This document shows, piece after piece, positions 49,814 through 56,533 of a DNA stretch of 64,000 bases. The first letter of the stretch is position 1; each line of letters begins with the position of its first letter. A program made the translations under genes and the position numbers. Under the pieces are notes generated by a model that did not search any database, was not told the origin of the DNA, and worked only from the letters and a program-made list of their open reading frames with translations. Source of the DNA: a phage; the NCBI GenBank assembly GCA_024673055.1, contig GCA_024673055.1_4537.1, one strand, 5' to 3'.

Positions 49814-50110
49814 TTAGATTACGATCTTTTTAGGAACGTCATCTGTATTCTGCACGGCAGGGGTTTCTTCTTCCATAGCTTCATAATGTTCTTCTAACCA
49901 TTCTTCTACTTGCTCTTTAATAGCTTTAGCTGCTTGGAAGCGGAGAGGTTTTGCTGCATCCTTATCATTAACAAGTTCAACAATATACCGCATAGCTTCT
50001 AAATAATGCTCTGCAAATAATTCTTTTACACTTGCTTGCGCCGCATCCATTGCGTAAATCTGTTGCATTTCGGCTGTTGGTCTTCCACGACCACGTTTTA
50101 GTTTAGGCAT
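49814..50110 (-). CDS. Putative DNA-binding protein, possible terminase small subunit
   Basis: N-terminal KRGRGRPT motif (AT-hook-like, common in TerS N-termini), acidic helical remainder, own promoter and terminator. Confidence 0.3.
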   Translation of the reverse strand: MPKLKRGRGRPTAEMQQIYAMDAAQASVKELFAEHYLEAMRYIVELVNDKDAAKPLRFQAAKAIKEQVEEWLEEHYEAMEEETPAVQNTDDVPKKIVI

Positions 50111-50131
50111 AATAAAATCCTCCTAAACTTT

Positions 50132-50160
50132 ATCTTAACATATAAAAAATAATAAGTCAA
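50132..50160 (-). promoter_or_regulatory. Sigma70-like promoter (minus strand)
   Basis: On the minus strand TTGACT, 17 bp, TAAGAT, then a TAGGAGGA RBS. Confidence 0.5.
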
Positions 50161-50176
50161 GTTTTATTCAATAGAT

Positions 50177-50202
50177 AGCAAAAAGCCTCCAATAAGGAGG
50201 CT
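50177..50202 (-). terminator. Rho-independent terminator (minus strand) ending the tRNA operon
   Basis: On the minus strand AGCCUCC-UUAUU-GGAGGCU followed by UUUUUGCU. Confidence 0.55.
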
Positions 50203-50315
50203 AATAAATACTGTTAATTTGAAATGCTTTATTATAATTGTGCGTTAAGGAGTCGCACCCCTCCCTCTTAGAAGGAACCAGGCAAGGTCTTCAAAGATAC
50301 CGCTGGCGCGATATT

Positions 50316-50394
50316 TGGAGGCGGGAATCGGATTCGAACCGATGATCTCCAGCATATGAAACTGGCGAGGACGACCAGACTCCTCTATCCCGCT
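50316..50394 (-). tRNA. tRNA-Met (anticodon CAT), CCA encoded
   Basis: Hand-folded cloverleaf: T-arm ATCGG-TTCGAAT-CCGAT, anticodon stem CCAGT/GCTGG with loop TTCATAT, D-stem GAGG/CCTC; the 1-72 pair is A-C (unpaired). Confidence 0.6.
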
Positions 50395-50400
50395 ATTATG

Positions 50401-50470
50401 TATCCCGTGCTGGATTCGAACCAGCATCACAATAAGTTGTGGAACTCTTATCCTGTAAGTCTAACGGGAA
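50401..50470 (-). tRNA. tRNA-like element with aberrant anticodon arm (possible pseudo-tRNA)
   Basis: Good T-arm (GCTGG-TTCGAAT-CCAGC) and near-complementary acceptor, but the anticodon region folds only as CACAA-CTTA-TTGTG (4-nt loop). Confidence 0.3.
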
Positions 50471-50472
50471 AC

Positions 50473-50546
50473 TGGTTGTTTCGACAAGAATCGAACTTGT
50501 GTCTCACGATTATCAGTCGTGGGTTCTACCATTGAACTACGAAACA
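50473..50546 (-). tRNA. tRNA-Ile (anticodon GAT), CCA encoded
   Basis: Acceptor TGTTTCG/CGAAACA, D-arm GTTC-AATGGTA-GAAC, anticodon stem CACGA/TCGTG with loop CTGATAA, T-arm ACAAG-TTCGATT-CTTGT. Confidence 0.7.
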
Positions 50547-50552
50547 TTTGAT

Positions 50553-50629
50553 TGGTCGGAATTGCAGGATTCGAACCTGCGACCCTACGCTCCCAAAGCG
50601 TATGCTCTACCAAACTGAGCTAAATTCCG
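50553..50629 (-). tRNA. tRNA-Pro (anticodon TGG), CCA encoded
   Basis: Acceptor CGGAATT/AATTCCG, D-arm GCTC...GAGC, anticodon stem TACGC/GCGTA with loop TTTGGGA, T-arm GCAGG-TTCGAAT-CCTGC. Confidence 0.7.
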
Positions 50630-50634
50630 TTATA

Positions 50635-50710
50635 TGGCTGGTCTGTCTGGATTTGAACCAAACCTACGACAGTCAAAGTGTCGTGTGCTACCGGACTACA
50701 CTACAAACCA
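50635..50710 (-). tRNA. tRNA-Gln (anticodon TTG), CCA encoded
   Basis: Acceptor TGGTTTG/CAGACCA (one GU pair), anticodon stem CGACA/TGTCG with loop CTTTGAC, T-arm TTTGG-TTCAAAT-CCAGA. Confidence 0.65.
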
Positions 50711-50808
50711 ATAAATCATTTAATGAAGGGCAACCAGAAGAGGTGTGAGAGAAGGAGAAAACCATGAGTAAAAGAGAAAGTTTTCTGGCAACCCTTTATT
50801 AAATAATT

Positions 50809-50882
50809 TGGAGCGTTCTACGAGGATCGAACTCGTGCCGCCGACTTGGAAGGACGGAATGCTACCGCTACACCAAGAACGC
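50809..50882 (-). tRNA. tRNA-Gly (anticodon TCC), CCA encoded
   Basis: Acceptor GCGTTCT/AGAACGC, anticodon loop CTTCCAA (stem has one U-U mismatch), T-arm ACGAG-TTCGATC-CTCGT. Confidence 0.6.
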
Positions 50883-50893
50883 CCTACATCTTT

Positions 50894-50923
50894 ACTATAC
50901 TACATTTTACTATTGGTTGTCAA
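50894..50923 (-). promoter_or_regulatory. Sigma70-like promoter (minus strand) for downstream tRNAs
   Basis: On the minus strand AACTATTGACAA, 18 bp, TATAGT, just upstream of tRNA-Gly. Confidence 0.5.
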
Positions 50924-51383
50924 TAGTTTTATTGAGTGGGACAGTGACGAGTATCCCGTTGGGTGACTAGCCCTACGTTCGGTAAGCTAACTTAAAATAA
51001 TACAAAACCAAAGTCAAATATTATTCTTCGTTGCTGTCGATGGGAGAGCCGCTTCTTCTTTTGCCCCATCCAACCCTACTCCGGTCAAGTTTCAGGTAAC
51101 TCTTTTTGTGATCAACACAATACTAAGAACACTGTCTTTCGAGCAGACCTTGTGCACAGGATACGACGATCAATCACAGTGCTCTTAATGTTGTGTTGTG
51201 AATACTAACCTCGGAACTCATTACCGCGTTTTGGCTCGACCTTACTACAGGTTAGTGAATGTCTTTCGTCCGCTTACATTCAATAAGTTTGCTTTCTTCA
51301 CAACGATAAGAACACTTAACAGAAGATAGGTCTGATTGCCTCGGATGATTTCTCAGTAGCCTAAATGTTCTTACCTGTTATGT

Positions 51384-51458
51384 TGGTGCTCCCACTCTGA
51401 ATCGAACAGAGATCCACGGATTACAAAACCGTTGTAATAGCCATTATACTATAGGAGC
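51384..51458 (-). tRNA. tRNA-Thr (anticodon TGT), CCA encoded
   Basis: Acceptor GCTCCTA/TGGGAGC, anticodon loop TTTGTAA (stem with one U-U mismatch), T-arm CTCTG-TTCGATT-CAGAG. Confidence 0.55.
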
Positions 51459-51464
51459 AAAGCT

Positions 51465-51541
51465 GGGACTCGGCAGGATTCGATACCTGCAATTTCAGAA
51501 GCCTCTTGGCGACTGGGGGTTTACCTTAACTCTACAAGTCC
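51465..51541 (-). tRNA. tRNA-like element, non-canonical (8-nt T-loop, no foldable anticodon arm)
   Basis: Acceptor GGACTTG/CGAGTCC and T-arm-like GCAGG-TATCGAAT-CCTGC, but no 5/7/5 anticodon arm could be found by hand. Confidence 0.3.
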
Positions 51542-51548
51542 ATAATTC

Positions 51549-51634
51549 TGGCGATGAGTATAGGATTTGAACCTATATCGTTCTTTCGAACACGGATTAA
51601 CAGTCCGCCGCTTAAACCATTCAGCCAACTCATC
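51549..51634 (-). tRNA. tRNA with anticodon GTT (Asn codons) on a long-variable-arm, Tyr-like body; CCA encoded
   Basis: Perfect acceptor GATGAGT/ACTCATC, anticodon arm GCGGA-CTGTTAA-TCCGT, 15-nt variable arm (GTTC-GAAA-GAAC), T-arm ATAGG-TTCAAAT-CCTAT; lies adjacent to tRNA-Tyr. Confidence 0.5.
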
Positions 51635-51640
51635 TTAATT

Positions 51641-51728
51641 TGGTGGTGAGTGATGGAGTCGAACCACCCGAATCGCAATGATAACAGATTTACAGTCTGC
51701 CCCGCTACCCCTACGGAATTAACTCACC
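51641..51728 (-). tRNA. tRNA-Tyr (anticodon GTA), type II, CCA encoded
   Basis: Acceptor GGTGAGT/ACTCACC, anticodon arm GCAGA-CTGTAAA-TCTGT, long variable arm, T-arm GGTGG-TTCGACT-CCATC. Confidence 0.65.
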
Positions 51729-51858
51729 TAAATACTAATATTTAAATTCTTTTTAAAATAGCCAGTGTTCACACCACTAACTATGAGTTATCGGTAAGAT
51801 GGTGGGGGCCATCTGCCGAAAGTTTACTCTATTAAAGTAAGCTATATTAAAAAGAACT

Positions 51859-51944
51859 TGGCGGTAGATGTAGGACTCGAACCTACATGCCGTTTCCGAC
51901 TACAGTTTAGCAAACTGTCGTGGCTACCATTTCACCAATCTACC
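51859..51944 (-). tRNA. tRNA-Ser (anticodon GCT), type II, CCA encoded
   Basis: Acceptor GGTAGAT/ATCTACC, anticodon arm ACAGT-TTGCTAA-ACTGT, long variable arm, T-arm GTAGG-TTCGAGT-CCTAC. Confidence 0.65.
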
Positions 51945-51948
51945 AATC

Positions 51949-52039
51949 TGGCGGAAGGAGGGAGAGTCGAACTCCCAAGGCTCTTTCAAGCTCGGCGGTT
52001 TTCAAGACCGTTTTCGTCGCCACGTCGATTTGCCCTTCC
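51949..52039 (-). tRNA. tRNA-Ser (anticodon TGA), type II, CCA encoded
   Basis: Acceptor GGAAGGG/TCCTTCC, anticodon loop CTTGAAA, long variable arm, T-arm GGGAG-TTCGACT-CTCCC. Confidence 0.55.
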
Positions 52040-52047
52040 ATACTTAT

Positions 52048-52077
52048 AATCTAACATAAAATAATGTTAGTTGTCAA
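52048..52077 (-). promoter_or_regulatory. Sigma70-like promoter (minus strand) inside the tRNA cluster
   Basis: On the minus strand AACTATTGACAA, 18 bp, TAGATT, upstream of tRNA-Ser(TGA). Confidence 0.45.
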
Positions 52078-52273
52078 TAGTTTTTTAAAACATTTTACCA
52101 TGAATGGTGACTCCACCAACCCCCGTTCTCAACGAACGGTGCTCTTCGAGCATTTATGTCTTCTAATATAACCGTGGCCTTTGTTTATAATGTCTGACAT
52201 ACTTGCCTCATTCTCTGCCACCATGATCAGTAGTGGGTTCAAATCACTTGAGCTAATTCATGTTAAAATGTTC

Positions 52274-52348
52274 TGGTGTCTTTACAAGGAATCGAACCTT
52301 GACTAAGAGTTTAGAAGACTCCTGTGCTATCCATTACACCATAAAGAC
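52274..52348 (-). tRNA. tRNA-Arg (anticodon TCT), CCA encoded
   Basis: Acceptor GTCTTTA/TAAAGAC, anticodon arm GGAGT-CTTCTAA-ACTCT, T-arm CAAGG-TTCGATT-CCTTG. Confidence 0.7.
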
Positions 52349-52350
52349 GT

Positions 52351-52425
52351 TGGTGGCCCTGGCTGGTTTCGATCCAGCTACCTATCGGTTATGAGCCGAC
52401 AGCTCTCCCATTGAGCTACAGGGCC
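52351..52425 (-). tRNA. tRNA with anticodon CAT (Met, or Ile if lysidine-modified), CCA encoded
   Basis: Acceptor GGCCCTG/CAGGGCC, D-arm GCTC-AATGGGA-GAGC, anticodon arm GTCGG-CTCATAA-CCGAT, T-arm GCTGG-ATCGAAA-CCAGC. Confidence 0.65.
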
Positions 52426-52630
52426 ATAAATGTGGTAACAGAGACGCTGACGATTGTAGAGAACCGCTACATTCTCTAAGACCAAGCCCAACTTTCAGCG
52501 TAAAAGTTCTTGAGCCGAGACTATTCCTTTTCCTCTTTGGTAGCTAACCTCTGAAGAAGTAGTCTCTAACACTACCGCAGTGCAAGCCCCTCTTAACAAA
52601 AGTCAACGACCCTGTTACCACACTTGATGA

Positions 52631-52664
52631 ACGTATCCTAACATATGAAGGATACGTTTGTCAA
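52631..52664 (-). promoter_or_regulatory. Sigma70-like promoter (minus strand) for the tRNA cluster, overlapped by a 9-bp perfect inverted repeat
   Basis: On the minus strand AACTATTGACAA, 18 bp, TAGGAT; palindrome ACGTATCCT-N9-AGGATACGT (52631-52657) covers the -10 and spacer. Confidence 0.5.
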
Positions 52665-52671
52665 TAGTTAT

Positions 52672-52986
52672 TTAAGCATATTCTGCTACTTCTTCACTAT
52701 CTTTCTTTTCCAGAAGAGCAACAACCAAAGCTTCTGCGTTAAAAGTATTAATTTCAAGATCCATCTCTCGCATCAGAGCCAAGAAATCAATAACTTTAAC
52801 ATCTTTAGTGATTACAATAGAAGTTGTACCATTGTTTTCAGATGTGTATTTTTCTGGATGGAAAAGAAAAACTGCATTGCCGTTACCATCTTCAAACACG
52901 TGTTTTTCTAATAGAGACATTGTTCCTCCTAATCTGTTAGTTGTTCGTCCTCTACCAAGTTTGACACGAGAACGTCTGTTATACAT
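52672..52986 (-). CDS. Hypothetical protein
   Basis: 104 aa ORF upstream of the tRNA promoter in the minus-strand block. Confidence 0.45.
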   Translation of the reverse strand: MYNRRSRVKLGRGRTTNRLGGTMSLLEKHVFEDGNGNAVFLFHPEKYTSENNGTTSIVITKDVKVIDFLALMREMDLEINTFNAEALVVALLEKKDSEEVAEYA

Positions 52987-53180
52987 TGATGCTGATAAAC
53001 CCTTTCGGGACTATCATCAAAAGCCAAACCTGTGCAAATAGAACAGAGGTCTGATTCCTTGATGACTCCATTTTTATCACGTCTGGAGTGGTTTGTCAAA
53101 TGCCTATTACAAGCACGGCACCTAAAATAAAAGCTATTTTGCATATATCCTTCGAACCCCAAATGGGGAGTGATCGGCAT
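52929..53180 (-). CDS. Hypothetical Cys-rich (zinc-ribbon-like) protein
   Basis: 83 aa with CRAC...CSIC pattern. Confidence 0.4.
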   Translation of the reverse strand: MPITPHLGFEGYMQNSFYFRCRACNRHLTNHSRRDKNGVIKESDLCSICTGLAFDDSPERVYQHQCITDVLVSNLVEDEQLTD

Positions 53181-53217
53181 CTCCTCACTTCTAGTTTAGC
53201 ACGAAGGATATCTTAAG

Positions 53218-53403
53218 TCAACTAGGAATAATTTTATCCTTTTTGGTTTCATAACCAGTCCAATCTAAATCCTCCCAGCCTTCATCATCGTCTAACACAT
53301 TGTCATCATCGTAAGATGCAATGTTATAAATAGAACGTGGATTACAAGACATACAATCTTTAATAGGCACATGATGCCATTTGCACGGATTCTCGCTAAT
53401 CAT
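53218..53403 (-). CDS. Hypothetical small protein
   Basis: 61 aa ORF; first gene of the minus-strand block, preceded by a GGAGGTG RBS. Confidence 0.4.
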   Translation of the reverse strand: MISENPCKWHHVPIKDCMSCNPRSIYNIASYDDDNVLDDDEGWEDLDWTGYETKKDKIIPS

Positions 53404-53430
53404 TGCACACCTCCATTCTTGTTAAGATGT

Positions 53431-53632
53431 TCCGTACTGTACTTCATACTGATCTATAGATCAAGTATTATTTATAATAATTTATTATTTTATTTTTAAT
53501 TGATAGAAGTTGATCTGTACGTACCAGTTCTGATACACTGTACCTGTTTGTTAGATCTAATAATTATTTATTATTAATATTTAATAATTATTAATCTAGT
53601 ACAGAGTACAGTACTTGAGTACAGAGTACTAC
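53431..53632. repeat. AT-rich divergent control region with clustered GATC/GTAC palindromes and direct repeats (origin or operator candidate)
   Basis: 14-bp palindrome TGATCTATAGATCA, GTACGTAC, inverted pair GTACTGTAC / GTACAGTAC about 170 bp apart, direct repeat AGTACAGAGTAC x2, long A/T runs; no ORF. Confidence 0.5.
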
Positions 53633-53884
53633 ATCAACAACCTAAAACCTTAACTCGCTGCGCTCGTTAATAGATTTCTAGGGTAGCATACTTCGAACAC
53701 AAAAGTCAAGAGTTTTATTAAAAATTATTTTCTGTGTGCAAAAACCTTGCTTAAACAGGTAGCAATAGTATAGCCTATAACATAAGCTTCATAAGAGGCT
53801 CGTAGAGCAAGTTCACTTACTAGGTAAGGTGATTTATCATCTTATATATAAAAAGTGCGTCAGAGACGCGTTTAGGAGGCTAGA

Positions 53885-54208
53885 ATGAGATTTACAAGAC
53901 AAGAGGTAGTTGTGCTGGACGAAGCAATGACAATGATCGTCTTTTACTATGAGGATATCTTCTGTGCAGCATATCATTTAAATGACATTCAGATTGAATG
54001 GCAGCAGATAGCATTCCTGTTGGACAAGAGTAATCATTTGGATGGTTTTGAGTATTTGGAGTGGGATGGTGCAAAGGAAGTTAAAATTGTAGGGTTAAAT
54101 CACGATCAGATTGTTGACATGCAATGTAAGTTGTGTCATTATCAGTTCTCAAACAAAGTCAAACTCGAAAGGCAATTGGAGGTGGTTAAAGATGATAGCA
54201 CTAATTAG
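53885..54208 (+). CDS. Hypothetical early protein
   Basis: 107 aa ORF after a TAGGAGG RBS; first plus-strand gene after the divergent region. Confidence 0.5.
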   Translation: MRFTRQEVVVLDEAMTMIVFYYEDIFCAAYHLNDIQIEWQQIAFLLDKSNHLDGFEYLEWDGAKEVKIVGLNHDQIVDMQCKLCHYQFSNKVKLERQLEVVKDDSTN

Positions 54209-54308
54209 TGAGAATCCAGTCCTGACAACAATTGTTCTGATTTTTGCCATGTGTGTGGTTCACGATATTCTGGTAAGTTATTTTGACAACAAAGGAGGTA
54301 AGAAATGA
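54192..54308 (+). CDS. Hypothetical small membrane protein (39 aa)
   Basis: Internal ATG with GGAGGTGG RBS in the track frame 54111..54308; single hydrophobic helix. Confidence 0.3.
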   Translation: MIALISENPVLTTIVLIFAMCVVHDILVSYFDNKGGKK

Positions 54309-54499
54309 AAGACGTTATTCAAATGGTATTCCGTGTAACTCTAGATGGTATACACGTTGTTAAAGGCACACAGAACTACACAGAAGCGAAAGAACACTTC
54401 TTAGAGTGGATTGATACACTGAAGACACAAGATGTGTCCTACAGCCGTGTTACGCTTACTGGCGACCATACCCCAATCATGGAGTACGTAAAGAAATGA
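54305..54499 (+). CDS. Hypothetical early protein
   Basis: 64 aa ORF, RBS AAGGAGG, overlapping stop/start. Confidence 0.5.
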   Translation: MKDVIQMVFRVTLDGIHVVKGTQNYTEAKEHFLEWIDTLKTQDVSYSRVTLTGDHTPIMEYVKK

Positions 54500-54735
54500 G
54501 CAACTATCCAATTACAGGCGTAACCTATTCTTGTGTAGCAAAAGGTGGTTTATATACAGTAGTGGAATTTCCAAAACCTGCCGGAATATCTAAAGTGTTT
54601 GATCCTGTGGTTATCTATGAAGATCTTAGAACAGGTCAACGTTACTGGAGATTTGTGAATGACTTTTTAGATCGTATGGAGGTAGTAAGTGGCGAAAACA
54701 CCGAAGAAGTTATCAAAGCCAAAGAACGTTACTAA
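54496..54735 (+). CDS. Hypothetical early protein
   Basis: 79 aa ORF in the operon. Confidence 0.5.
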   Translation: MSNYPITGVTYSCVAKGGLYTVVEFPKPAGISKVFDPVVIYEDLRTGQRYWRFVNDFLDRMEVVSGENTEEVIKAKERY

Positions 54736-55042
54736 GAAACCGAAAAACGAGGTTCTCAAAGTAGCTAAATCAGTTCCTAAGAAAGATAAATTTGATACGG
54801 AGGCATTCGTCTTTGACACACCAATCGAGAAGATTGAAGAAGCGTTGCAACGTCTTGAGGAGCAGGAGGCAGATCCAATGGCTGAACCACTCACGGCAGA
54901 CCAAATTTATTGGTTCGGATGGTGGACACTCAATCTTCCAGAAGCAAAAAGAAGAGGAATGACTTCAGTTCCTACTTGTGCAAAAGAAGCGGCTGTGTTA
55001 GGTTTGTATGAGAAATCTAAAAAGAGGAGCAAAAAGAAATGA
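54689..55042 (+). CDS. Hypothetical Lys-rich protein (possible nucleic-acid binding)
   Basis: GTG start after GGAGGT; N-terminus highly basic (KTPKKLSKPKNVTKKPK). Confidence 0.45.
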   Translation: MAKTPKKLSKPKNVTKKPKNEVLKVAKSVPKKDKFDTEAFVFDTPIEKIEEALQRLEEQEADPMAEPLTADQIYWFGWWTLNLPEAKRRGMTSVPTCAKEAAVLGLYEKSKKRSKKK

Positions 55043-55320
55043 TCAAGACTTTTCTGAAGTGTGTAAAAGCAACAGATAATGAGTGGTACTCTGGATTATT
55101 CACTGCTGGCAAGAAATACGAGATCCTCAACGGGACAGGCAAGAAGTTTTCTCTCGTTGTAAACGATGAAGGCACGAAGCAAATGGTATTTGCTGAAAGT
55201 TCTGTTTATGGTATCTTTGAAGTAGTGCAAGAAGGCTCTCCAATGATTCTGGAGTATCATGGCACTAATAAACCATATACTGCTATGGATGTTATCAACA
55301 ACAAGAGGAATGCAAAATGA
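55039..55320 (+). CDS. Hypothetical early protein
   Basis: 93 aa ORF. Confidence 0.5.
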   Translation: MIKTFLKCVKATDNEWYSGLFTAGKKYEILNGTGKKFSLVVNDEGTKQMVFAESSVYGIFEVVQEGSPMILEYHGTNKPYTAMDVINNKRNAK

Positions 55321-55499
55321 TTTTACTCTATTCCGGTAAGGCAAAATACATGCAAGGTGTTAAACGTGTAGAGGTTACTAAGACAGTAACAATCGGGAAA
55401 TCTTTTATCGTTTATTATTTCCTTGTTAATGGGAAGGAGTATGCTGTAGCAAAGACCTTGGTTGATAAGGGTAAAACGTGGAAAGTGGAGGCACTATGA
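55317..55499 (+). CDS. Hypothetical early protein
   Basis: 60 aa ORF with overlapping stop/start. Confidence 0.45.
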   Translation: MILLYSGKAKYMQGVKRVEVTKTVTIGKSFIVYYFLVNGKEYAVAKTLVDKGKTWKVEAL

Positions 55500-55702
55500 T
55501 CCCTGTAGCTGGGTGGGTGGTATTGGCAACACTTAATGGGAATGTTACTGTGGAGACTAAAACCATCTTCAAAGCACCAGAAGATTGCTATAACTCCTTG
55601 GTAACTTGGCCTCGTGATGAGGATGATAAGGCAGAGTATCAGTGTTTTTACATTGAGGGTAAGCCTGTAGAATTTGAGGTTAAAGTGAAGGAGGAAAAAT
55701 GA
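55496..55702 (+). CDS. Hypothetical early protein
   Basis: ATG at 55496 (ATGA overlap with upstream stop) after GTGGAGG; in-frame part of track ORF 55478..55702. Confidence 0.45.
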   Translation: MIPVAGWVVLATLNGNVTVETKTIFKAPEDCYNSLVTWPRDEDDKAEYQCFYIEGKPVEFEVKVKEEK

Positions 55703-56169
55703 GAATTAAAGTAACTAAAGCTTACGATGATAACCCGAAGTTTATCTCTTTGAATAAGAGTTATGGTGTCGAAAACGGCGATGAGTTCGAGGTTATCGAT
55801 CTTTTTGAGGATCACGGGTATATTGTCAAAGCCCCAATCACAGAGCAGGCTATTATCATCTTACGCACAGAGGCTGTTGAGGTAGGTTCTGATGAACCTC
55901 AATATGACAGCCCATACATGACAGAGTGGATTGTGGCTGTAGATGTTGGAGGCAGGGTTTCTGTATTGAAAGCTCCTAATCTCCATCCTAGTTTTACAGA
56001 GAACGGTTTGACAGCTTTGGATTATGGGTTGCCAGAAGATGTTGAGAATACACCGCCAGGTATGTACCGTTGGATTTGCTCTTTCCATGAAGAGAAGGAT
56101 TGGGAATCAGGACTTGTTGATGATTGGCATTTTGAAGTGGAAAGTTCTTTTTTGATCATGCCAGCTTAA
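55699..56169 (+). CDS. Hypothetical early protein
   Basis: 156 aa ORF. Confidence 0.5.
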   Translation: MRIKVTKAYDDNPKFISLNKSYGVENGDEFEVIDLFEDHGYIVKAPITEQAIIILRTEAVEVGSDEPQYDSPYMTEWIVAVDVGGRVSVLKAPNLHPSFTENGLTALDYGLPEDVENTPPGMYRWICSFHEEKDWESGLVDDWHFEVESSFLIMPA

Positions 56170-56179
56170 AGGAGGCTAT

Positions 56180-56524
56180 ATGAAAGTTTGGATAGATGAT
56201 ATGCGGAACCCAGCCGACTATGGACAGGAAGATGCAATTTGGTTTAAAACGTCACAAGAAGCTATGGCCTTTCTCAATGATCCTGCTAAACTGTATCGAA
56301 GAGTAACCGAGTGGTCTTTTGACAATGATTTAGGTATGGAGTCAGACCAAGATGGGTATGATGTTTTCCTGCACCTGGAAGAACTTCTGGCGTTTGGTAA
56401 ACCTTGCTTTGGTTCACCTACCATTTTCGTGCATACTTCTAATCCCGCCGCTGGGGATAAATTCATGCTTGCAAAAGAATCCATGCTGCGTTATGGTATT
56501 AAAATGATTCGTGTGCACTACTAA
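56180..56524 (+). CDS. Hypothetical early protein
   Basis: 114 aa ORF after an AAAGGAGG RBS. Confidence 0.5.
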   Translation: MKVWIDDMRNPADYGQEDAIWFKTSQEAMAFLNDPAKLYRRVTEWSFDNDLGMESDQDGYDVFLHLEELLAFGKPCFGSPTIFVHTSNPAAGDKFMLAKESMLRYGIKMIRVHY

Positions 56525-56533
56525 GGAGAAAAC

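Noticed and set aside
50211-50315. Possible additional tRNA between the operon terminator and tRNA-Met
   Set aside because: A GGAGG...CTCC hairpin resembles a T-arm but the loop (GGTGCGA) and flanks give no acceptor pairing or anticodon arm.
50245-50430. 61 aa ORF on the minus strand within the tRNA cluster
   Set aside because: It lies entirely over tRNA-Met and the tRNA-like element, has no RBS, and arises from the GC-rich structured RNA sequence; the other track ORFs in the cluster (50548..50748, 51858..52049) are rejected for the same reason.
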